Source: Centroscyllium fabricii (Eukaryota). From it: DNA of 64,000 bases. This document shows positions 11,909 to 21,700 of the stretch, piece after piece; within the stretch, counting starts at the first letter, position 1; every line of letters starts with the position of its first letter. The stretch covers positions 268,150,001 through 268,214,000 of the forward strand of contig JBNRSN020000002.1 in the NCBI GenBank assembly GCA_051313645.2. The letters are read 5' to 3'. The notes below the pieces were generated by a model. That model was not told where the DNA came from. It worked only from the letters and a program-made list of their open reading frames with translations, and did no database searches. The translations under genes and the position numbers were made by a program.

Positions 11909-14900
11909 TGTCATGGGGTGGACTGTCCCTTTTAGTTTATAGAGGTTTCTTTAGGGTTTTGGGACTGTCCCTTTAAGTTCATAGGGGTTCCTTTCAGCTT
12001 ATTGAGTCGTGACTCCAATTATCATGTCCTTCTCTGGATTGGTTAGCCCCTATTATACAATTAGCTGGAGAGGGTTATTAGCCTCCAGTCTTCACCTGTT
12101 CATTGCCAGTTCGTTTTGGTTTCTGGTGCTGTGAGAGTAAGAGTGTTCTATGTTTTCTTCATCCTGTTATTTGATATATATTACTGTTAAGTTTCTATTC
12201 GAGTTTGCTTTTGGACTACCTGTTTCGGTCAAGTTGGATTACTTGCTGTGCTCACAACAGGAGCCATCTTCCCTGGACTGTTGGGACTGGAAGTACTTCT
12301 GCACCAGACTTTGGGCCTTGTTCTTCAACTACCAACACTTAGGGTTTGGATTATTGAACTCCTGCTTACCGGCTCTCGGGACATTGGACTATTGCTTTCT
12401 TTGTGATTGACTATATTCATTCATTGTTTATTACACTGTGGTTATCATATCGTTATATATATATATATATATATAGATTTTGTCCTGGGAATAAAGGTAT
12501 TTTGTGTCTGTTTACGGACTTCCGGTGTTTCTGCGTTTGGGTCCTAAACCGATCCCTTACAGAACGAACTGGCCACCATGGACCCAGCAGAGGCACTGAA
12601 ACGTCTGATACATGTGGAGGGGGCCCTGGCACACCAAGGTCTGGCCTTGGGGGAAGCGATTTCCAAGATAGAGCGGTTAACTGCCGCCTGGAACCAGCGG
12701 GAAGCGTCGGAGTCGGCAGGGGTCTCGCTTCCACCACACACGGATTCAGAGGGGGGGCTAGCACCCATGCATCAACTAATAGCTCCCGCACTCGAACCCC
12801 GTGTCGGGGTACGAGAGCGATATGCCGGTGATCCCGAGCAGTGTGAGCCTTTTCTCACCAGCTGCTCCATACTTTTTTCGTTACAGCCCCACACCTTTGC
12901 CAATGAGAAGACAAGGGTAGCCTTTGTAATTAATCACCTGACAGATAGGGCCCGGCTTTGGGGAACCGCCGAGTGGGAGAGAAATACCCTGGCTTGTTCT
13001 TCTTTTGAGGCGTTCTCCACTGAATTGAGAAGGGTGTTTGGCAGGGTAAGATTCGACTCTGAAGCAGCTCAGGGACTCATGAGTCTGTGCCAGGGAGACG
13101 AGACGGTGGCAAATTACGCTATAAATTTTCGTATCAGGGCTCGTCGGAGTGAGTGGAATCAGGCCGCTTTAAGGGAGGTGTTTATTCATGGCCTGTCCGA
13201 GTATATCAAGGATGACCTAGTCTCCTACGACCTTCCCCTCACCCTAGATGAACTCATTTATCTGACCACCCGGATCGATCTTCGCATCCAGGCGCGTCGA
13301 CGTGAGAGACGTCTGGGAGGGTCTGGTCGACATCCTCCAAGTCAAACTCCAGAGGTATTCATGACACCCAGGGGGACTGCGACTGCTAGGTCAGAGCGAG
13401 TGGCCCCCGAATCAATGCAATGGGGTCGCAACCAAGGAAGATTCGGGCCATCCAGAGAGACGGTTGCAGCAGGGGTAGAGCCAGGGGGTCCTGAGCCTAT
13501 GCAGCTGGGCCGCACCGGGTTTCGGCCAGCAAGGTATAAGGGACCGCACTCACCTACCAATGGAGTCGTTATGATGAGCCGAGCTCCTGATGGCTTCTCT
13601 TCCAACCCACGACCCTTGTGTCAAGCAAGATTTCTTCTCCCCAGGGGATCCCAGAGCATCATTATATGTATTGACTCTGGAGCGGACATAAATATAATTG
13701 ATGAGGATTTGGTCACGCAACTGGGGATTGACCAGGAGCCACTACCACAGTCGTATCCTGTCCATGCCCTTGATGGTCATCTTTTGGGAACGGTGACACA
13801 CCAGACCTCACCTGTGCTGATGCTGATGTCTGGAGACCATCAGGAGAGTATCCAGTTCCACATTTTACGATCACCACAGATTCCGTTGATTCTTGGACAC
13901 GCTTGGCTTCGTCGCCACAACCCGCACATTGATTGGAACACTGGAGATATTCTGGGCTGGAACCTTTCCTGTCACCAGGGCTGTCTGAGACGGGCTCAGA
14001 TTTCTGGTCTTCGCGCGACGGACCAAGACCCGCCTGCTGCCAACTATAGTCGTTCTGGGTCTCCTGAGAGACAGGTTGGGCAGAGGGAGTATGACCCAGC
14101 GGAGAGGTTTTCGTGTCCTACTCAAGATATAAGGGAAACGCAACCCATTAGCGACTCCCATTCGAGCCACCTCGACCAGCCAGACAAGGAGACTTCGACT
14201 CTTGAGAGATCTAGGCAAGTCATCGGAGCCATTCAGTTACAGGAGAGCCTGACCAAGGAGGAGGAATCTGATGATGAGTGGGAATCTGCCGACGAGGAGG
14301 ATTCTTCTCAGTCCGATTATGGAACAGACATAGAAGAGTGTTTCGAGGACTATTGGTTCCCCTCCACACTTCTTTACCCGCCTGATCCGGCATTTGAGGC
14401 TTTGGGACGTCAGGAGTCGCCCCCTTGAGGGGGGGGTTCTGTCATGGGGTGGACTGTCCCTTTTAGTTTATAGAGGTTTCTTTAGGGTTTTGGGACTGTC
14501 CCTTTAAGTTCATAGGGGTTCCTTTCAGCTTATTGAGTCGTGACTCCAATTATCATGTCCTTCTCTGGATTGGTTAGCCCCTATTATACAATTAGCTGGA
14601 GAGGGTTATTAGCCTCCAGTCTTCACCTGTTCATTGCCAGTTCGTTTTGGTTTCTGGTGCTGTGAGAGTAAGAGTGTTCTATGTTTTCTTCATCCTGTTA
14701 TTTGATATATATTACTGTTAAGTTTCTATTCGAGTTTGCTTTTGGACTACCTGTTTCGGTCAAGTTGGATTACTTGCTGTGCTCACAACAGGAGCCATCT
14801 TCCCTGGACTGTTGGGACTGGAAGTACTTCTGCACCAGACTTTGGGCCTTGTTCTTCAACTACCAACACTTAGGGTTTGGATTATTGAACTCCTGCTTAC

Positions 14901-15094
14901 CGGCTCTCGGGACATTGGACTATTGCTTTCTTTGTGATTGACTATATTCATTCATTGTTTATTACACTGTGGTTATCATATCGTTATATATATATATATA
15001 TATATATAGATTTTGTCCTGGGAATAAAGGTATTTTGTGTCTGTTTACGGACTTCCGGTGTTTCTGCGTTTGGGTCCTAAACCGATCCCTTACA
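11909..15094 (+). mobile_element. Element H: young non-autonomous sushi/chromovirus-like LTR retrotransposon (LTRs 11909-12561 and 14440-15094)
   Basis: 653/655-bp LTRs appear identical apart from (TA)n length; (G)TTCAC target duplication; PPT GAGGGGGGGG; Tf1-type self-complementary PBS. Confidence 0.93.
12578..14428 (+). CDS. Element H intact Gag-aspartic protease protein with acidic C-terminal tail (616 aa; PEG10/RTL1/sushi-like); no RT, RNase H or integrase
   Basis: ERYAGDPEQCEPFL, HLTDRARLW, QGDETVANYAINF, PEPMQLGR, IDSGA, PLILGHAWLRRHNPHIDW. Confidence 0.9.
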   Translation: MDPAEALKRLIHVEGALAHQGLALGEAISKIERLTAAWNQREASESAGVSLPPHTDSEGGLAPMHQLIAPALEPRVGVRERYAGDPEQCEPFLTSCSILFSLQPHTFANEKTRVAFVINHLTDRARLWGTAEWERNTLACSSFEAFSTELRRVFGRVRFDSEAAQGLMSLCQGDETVANYAINFRIRARRSEWNQAALREVFIHGLSEYIKDDLVSYDLPLTLDELIYLTTRIDLRIQARRRERRLGGSGRHPPSQTPEVFMTPRGTATARSERVAPESMQWGRNQGRFGPSRETVAAGVEPGGPEPMQLGRTGFRPARYKGPHSPTNGVVMMSRAPDGFSSNPRPLCQARFLLPRGSQSIIICIDSGADINIIDEDLVTQLGIDQEPLPQSYPVHALDGHLLGTVTHQTSPVLMLMSGDHQESIQFHILRSPQIPLILGHAWLRRHNPHIDWNTGDILGWNLSCHQGCLRRAQISGLRATDQDPPAANYSRSGSPERQVGQREYDPAERFSCPTQDIRETQPISDSHSSHLDQPDKETSTLERSRQVIGAIQLQESLTKEEESDDEWESADEEDSSQSDYGTDIEECFEDYWFPSTLLYPPDPAFEALGRQESPP

Positions 15095-15443
15095 GTTCAC
15101 TGTGTATTGTTACCTGGACATGCCTATGCTGGCCCCGCCTGTGACTCCTCCTCCCCAGGACCAGGTACATAAGCGGCCGTCTCTCTTCCCCCAGCCATTC
15201 CTGGGGACGGTCGACTAGCTGGTGCATGTCCACCTTTAGCTAATAAAAGCCGATTGTTTCACCTCTTAATATCTCGTCTCCGAGGTCGTTAATTCGGTAA
15301 CAGTGGGCTTTATGCCTTTATGCCTTATATTTTGGAGGGTTGGTGCCCAATGTGGACCAGTGCAATGGGCTTTGGCAACCAAATTATTAAGCCCTAATAT
15401 AATGATGATGTTAAATAATGGCACAGTTCCTCAGGTTATTTCC

Positions 15444-15474
15444 TTTATTAAAATGACAAAGATCCTCCTTTATT
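15444..15474 (-). terminator. Candidate polyadenylation signals of the cyclase gene
   Basis: AATAAA on the minus strand at 15474-15469 and 15449-15444, downstream of the stop codon at 15664. Confidence 0.55.
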
Positions 15475-15663
15475 TTTAATACAGGTATACAGATCTCTCT
15501 TCAAAATTACAAACTAAATTAAAATCAACCCAATGCAGACAATCACACTACATTGCATAATAAGGCTTTCTTTATACTTTTCTGCACTCCTAATGATTGT
15601 ACGTTTATGTAGAAGCAAGCAGCTTTAGAAATTCCACAATTCTAACTTTAGTGGATGGATATG

Positions 15664-15739
15664 TCAGACTTTTGGCACAAGGCTGTACTTGCAGGATGGA
15701 CGGTCTGATTTGTCAACACACTGGAGCATTTGAATAGGC
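15664..15739 (-). CDS. CD38/BST1-family cyclase exon 8 (terminal coding exon)
   Basis: Acceptor tttcttgacag, RPIQMLQCVDKSDRPSCKYSLVPKV-stop; two AATAAA about 190-220 nt downstream. Confidence 0.9.
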
Positions 15740-18700
15740 CTGTCAAGAAAATAGCAGAATTTTAAACTTTAGAATTAGTAAACAAAACTTAAGATCTAGA
15801 TACCGAGATCCATATTTTCCTCTGAGCAGGAACAATCCCACCAGCAGTAAAAGGGGATGTTTTCCACTGTGGGTATATTCTGCCAATGTATTCTTCCACT
15901 TAAGTATGAGAAATAATTAATACAGCTAATGTCGAAGCAAGGCAAGGACACCTGATGCAGCAACAAAGTGAAAGTCCGAACGGAAAATTGGGCCAGAAAT
16001 TGCAGTCTGCCCATATCGCGTTTGAGCTCTGGTGCGAGTGCACCAGAGCTTAAACTCGCAGGAAGCAGCCGTTTGCGCTGCTTCAGGTTTTCCTGTGCCG
16101 GCCAGCGGGGTGGGGGGGTAGAGTTCCTGCGAGGGCTAGCGCAGGAACCATCGAACTGCGGGGTGCGTCCAGTCATTCCGTTTTTTCTTTACTTTTTCTA
16201 CGGACCAAGAGCAGGAGATTGTACGCTGGAAAAAAGGAGTCGTAAGTAACTGTTTTTATCTGGTAAGTGTGTATTTTATTGATTTTAAGTGTTGTTTTTT
16301 CAGGTTTTTAATTGTTGATAACTTTAAAGACAGGTAAGTATTTTTTTAGACCTGTTAGAAGTTAAATAACATTTCTGTAAATGTTTATTTTTTCTTTAAA
16401 ATAGGTTAGTTGGGGTAATGTTAAAAAAATGTGGTGTTTTTAAAATTTTATTTTTGAGTTTAGATGTCTTTTGGGTAATCTCTCCTTTCAGAACTTGCAC
16501 AGATTTCTCAGTGGAAGTTTTGAATGGAGGATTGCTTCCACTGATTGGCTCCCTGCCAATCACGTGGTCTCAAAAGCCATCTCGCACTAATTACGCCCTT
16601 CAGTTGCCCATGAAGCTCGCACGGAGCTCTGACAAGCTGGGCTAACAGGAATTACTGAGTGCAAAAAAGCAAACCTGATTACGGGCAGTGCAAGTGCAAC
16701 TAGCAGGTACTGCACCCGCACGAAGGCTCCACTGCAATTTCTGGGCCATTATTAACTTCCCCACCCTTCCTCCAAAAAAGAAATCACGCAAACACATGGC
16801 TGGAGTCCCGGTCCACTGCAGAATTCATCTCCTTCTGTCAAATTCACCAGGAGACATAAATAGCAAAGCAGAATGGGCTAAAATCCCAGGGGCCTAGTTC
16901 TGCTGCCAGATGTGTGACAGATCGGGACACCTGGCCACCTGCAGCTACAGATACAGACCCAGCCCTTGATGGAACAGGCTCGAGGGGCTGAACAGACTCC
17001 TCCTGCTTCTATGATCCCAAATTTATGATTGGGAATATTTGCATTCCCAGTAAATGCACTTTAGCAGCCCCAACCGAGGCCCAGGACAACGGAACAGCAT
17101 CATTCCACTCCAATTGCAGAGTGAGGGCCCGGAATGGGTGCAACGGAGCTTCATTTTATTTTCAATCCTCAGCCTCTCAGGGAGTTATAGGGTGCTTTAG
17201 TGCAGGGATTGATTACCTTTGGCAGTCAAAGCTTTGGGATCTTTCCTGGTACTCGGCTGACGTGAGTTTCGCTGCGGACTTTAAGGAACATAGGACCAGG
17301 AGTGGGCAATTCAGCTCCTCGAGCCTGCCCGTTATTCAGTTCGATCATGGCTAATCTGAATCTTAATTCCATCGACCTGCATTAGTTTCCTAACCCTTAA
17401 GATCCTTACCTAACAAAAATCTACCTCTCTCAGATTTTTAATTGACCGAGACGCAACAGCTTTTTGGTGGAAGAAAGTTCCACATTTCCACTACCCTTTG
17501 TGTGAAGAAGTGCTTCCTGACATTCCTGAACGGCTTAGCTCTAATTTTAAAGTTATGCCCCTTTGTTCTGGACTCTCCCAACAGAAGAAATAGTTTCTCT
17601 CTATCGACCCTATTAAATCCTTTGGGGGAGAAATTCGGTTACGCCCTATTTGGAATCGGGTTTTGTCCCATTTTCCAGCCTCCTATTGTGCGATCACTCC
17701 AGTTCCACTCAGGGCCCGAGAGGAATTTCAGGCTCAATACGTGTAGGTCATGTTAATAGTTGCTATTCACCCAGGCTGAAGTTTTCACAACTGGTTATTT
17801 TGTATGTATGTTTGCAACTTCAATTTGTGTTAGTCACAACTTATTTGCAACCGCAAACCAATATTCAGTTCTGTATTTTCACAATTATACAAAAGTGCTT
17901 CCTGGTTTCACTCCTAAGTGACCTAGCCCAAATTTTAAGATTATGCTACCTTGTTTTTGATTCCCCAACCAGAGCAAATTGTTTCTCTATATCTACCCAA
18001 TCGACTCCTTTGACAAATAGCTCGATTAGATGACCTCTCAGCTGTCTAAACTCAGAGAAATACAAGTCAAGTTTCTGCAAACTGCCCTTTAAACCCTGGT
18101 ATCATTCTGGAGAATCTGCACTGCACCCCCTCCAAGGCCAATATATCCTTCTTGTGGTTTGGTGCCCAAAACTGAACATGTTTCTGCAGGTGGGTCTTAG
18201 CAAGGCTCTAAAACTAAAGCATAACTTCCTCCCCTTTGTATTCCAGCCCCCTGAGATAAAGGCAAACACTCCATTCACCATGTTGATTACTTTTTGTACC
18301 TACAGGTTCAAAGTCCTAGGAAAGAATGAGTTGTTGAAGGAGAGAGTACCTTGATTTCAATATAGTGGGGATGCAGGGAGGAGGACATTGTAGGATAGTA
18401 CAATTCGGAATTAGGAGGAACAAGAGAGTAAAGTTATCTTAAAATACTGACATTTTACATAAACTCTTGTGATAGAATTTCACTAGCGTTGTAAACTTTT
18501 CAATAATTTAAGTATGAATCTGATGTGGTACACACCTGTAATTATCCTTGCAAGAGTACATGATTTTTTTCTCCTTCAGAATCTTTTCCAATTCTGCAAC
18601 ACTGCCAGCACCACAGGATTCCCTGCAAATCACAATGTTGACTCTGAGTTCAATACAATTGCTAAAATTAATTGAAATTGCTAAACTTAAAGTAACAGTT

Positions 18701-21700
18701 ATCCTCATTAGTCTGAAAACTACTACTTTACAGGGCTTCATGAAAAAATGTTCAGTAAAGGTTTTAATTTCACAAGATCACAATATAGATAGGAAGAGGG
18801 AGGGCATTCGGCTCATCTTATCACACTCATCAAGAAAGAACAAATAGTCTGCCGTAGCACCGTCAACTGGTTCTTAAACGCTCCAGGTTTTTTTTATTTT
18901 GCATCCACTGTCCTATCCAGAAGTCCATTCCATGTGCTAATCACTCTATTGTGAAGAATAACCTCCTAACATCAGTCTTAAATTGCCCCTTTGCCAGTCT
19001 TGGCATGTGTCTCCCATTCCTCCTAGTCACCTCCTTTCAAAGTTGAATAGAGGAGGTTTTTCCAATCCTTCCTAATGACCCAACCCACTGAAGCTATTGT
19101 TTGGAAATACGTAGCACAATATGACCCACATTGACACATAACATCAGGTTATGCAGAAGTGACACATGACAATTCTGACTCATCTCCAGAAACAAAGGTT
19201 TGCTGAACACTTTTCCCAGAACACTTCCTTGTTTTTGTTTTTAAACAGTCGGACAAGCACACCCTTAAATCAGTGCTAACGATTTCTCTGGTTTATCTTA
19301 GTCGGATAGTGTGACAGATGAGATGGTAAGCCTGACACAGTACAATGCAAATGAGGGTCAGGAAGGCAGGGAGACCAACAGTGGCCTCTTCATATTTAAC
19401 TGTCCTTTTTCTGCTATACTGTGAATTATTTTGATCAGCAAGGTGAGTGATGTTAGTGCGGGGGAATGCAACACCTTTCATTTCAGGTAACCAATGTCAA
19501 TGTTTAACACTCCCAGGTCAGGTATAGAATGGGCTAGATGCAAAGTAAAGCTGCCTCTACTTTGCCCTGACAATGTACCTCAGCTCCAATCTCAAAATAG
19601 CCAATCTCACTCAGGCCAAAACATGCTGAGTCACCTTTTTTCCATTTCCTACACAGGTTGCGCACCGGAAATCCGGCACGGGCGGGACCAGGCCCGTGCC
19701 GGGAAAGTGAAAAAACCGGCAGAATGAAGTCGGTCAGTGCGCATGCGCGCACCATGCAAAATGGCCGCGCGCATGCGCACAACATTGGAAATGGCCGCTG
19801 ACCGTCTTTGTGGAGTCTCAGCTGACGGCCAGCAGGCTGCTCCGGGAAACGCGCGCTTCACCTTGGCGGGCGCTCGGAATCGCACAATTAAAACGCGGCA
19901 CGAGCCGCCGCGCCCTGACGCCACGGAAGGTCCGGCGGCCATTTTGAATGATCTGCGCATGCGCTAGCCGTCCGGCGACGCATACGCAGATCATTCAAAA
20001 CACCCGGCAGCCGTTTGGAATGATCTGCGCATGCGCTCGCCATTTGGTGGCGCATGCGCAGATCATTCGCCGAAGCTGCGATTGCGGCTGCCATCTTGCG
20101 CATGCGCAGTGCAGTTGGGGCAATTTGTTCCGGCAGACTGAAGCTGCCGGCGTTTCGGGTCACGGATTTTCGGTGCACAACCTGTACCAGCATCTATGGC
20201 ATCTTGGGGATTGTTAATTTTTTAAAAAGAAATACAAACTACTTTTAACTTCTAGATTGTGGGTGGCTGAATTATATTACTGTTTCTACAGCTAACAGGT
20301 AAATTGATGTATGTCACTCATTCAGGGAGCAAGATAAGTCATGAGTGCCCCTTTTAAACTTTTCCTCTCTTCTTAAGGTCTATCTGTTGTGTTCTGACTT
20401 CGGGCAGGTCCTAACTCAAGTCTCATACATGAGATTCTTGATCCACTTACTAGGGAGGGGTCGCTGAGGTGGTTTCCTGTCGCCTTCCTCACAATTTTTA
20501 TCTCCTGAGAAACGTGTCCTTTGTCGGCTGCTGCCAAAGAGCCCCACCCACCCTTTATGAAGGGGGAGCACATGCACCCATCGGACTCAAGTACCCCCGC
20601 TTGACCTGGTATTGAGAGTCGGGTCTGTGCTTGCCAAGTGGGGTCGGAAACGAACTCTTCTGACTCAGAGGTGGGAACACTACCACTGCACCCGTGGTCA
20701 CTCTGTTTGGATGCGAGTACCCTGCTGGGTGTCAACCCAGTATTTTGACACCATAGTCTGGTTGCCACTCGCTGGAACTGTCTAGAGTGGGGCTCAAACC
20801 CTTCACCTTCTGATTCAGGGATGGGAATAATACCACTAAGCCAAAGGCTCACTCCATTCTTAATGATCTTAAATTTATGCTCTTTAGTTGCTGAATCATC
20901 GGCCAGTGAAAATCGTCATGGAAAAGTAATTGTAAGGTTCTAGTTCTCGCATTTTACCCTCCCTTTTCTATTTCTGGGTCTTTATGCAATTTGTGTCATC
21001 TTTGGCTGAGGAGACAAGTGGGCAACCTGTTCCCAGGCCTTTGTCAGTACAGTTGTGTTATATCTCTGCCAGGAATATGTGATAGCGAATCAGTGCCATT
21101 CTCCCTCCAAAGTTCCTCCCCTCCTTACTAGTAAATGCTTATCCTCCCCACCTGGTCTCCCTACAACGGCACAAGTCAGACTGTACTTGGGGAGTCCACA
21201 CCCTGCCAACCAATGGCATACCGTGTTGGAGGTCTAACAGGCTTTACCATTCCACCATGCAGCAATGGAGATGGAAAAATTACTGTATGTAATAAATCCC
21301 ACAGTATGCATGCAATAAAACTGCAAAACCTCACTTATCAGGCCCATCAATATTGTCCATGATCCAGAGCTGAACTGAGGAAACCCGCTTGTTGTCTAAT
21401 TTTCCAAGTTCTATTTCAGCAAAAATGCTAGTGACAGGAACGAAAAACATAATCAGTGCCAATAATGTGCAAAGAATAATGTAATCAATATGACTATTGA
21501 TAAGATACTCAGTTAGACTGTGGTTTAAGTGAAAGCCACCAACTTCTGCTATGTACCATACAGTTCTTTTATAGTTTAAGATTTCTTGTTACCATACTAA
21601 AGAAACAAAATATGCATGTAGCAATGAACATTCAGGGTTTAAACAGCTTGGTGTAAGACATTTAATTCATAAGCATTAATACTACCATAAGGGTATCAAA

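Larger units (their letters stand above)
6714..15302 (+). mobile_element. Gypsy element A (short-LTR YLDN family), degenerate; 5' LTR 6714-7831 split by a MITE, 3' LTR 11835-15302 split by element H
   Basis: LTRs TGTGGTAAA...CA; PPT AAAGAAGGTGTGAA; gag-pol 7854-11773. Confidence 0.92.

Noticed and set aside
12150-12410. Identical 86-aa hydrophobic ORF at 12150 and 14681 as an env or accessory gene
   Set aside because: It is duplicated only because it lies within the LTRs of H; T-rich composition explains the hydrophobicity and no env motifs are present. It cannot be fully excluded without dN/dS.
15303-15663. BST1-like ninth exon encoding a GPI signal
   Set aside because: No strong donor at the BST1-equivalent position in exon 8 and no suitable hydrophobic exon seen before the transposon block; stop and AATAAA follow directly.
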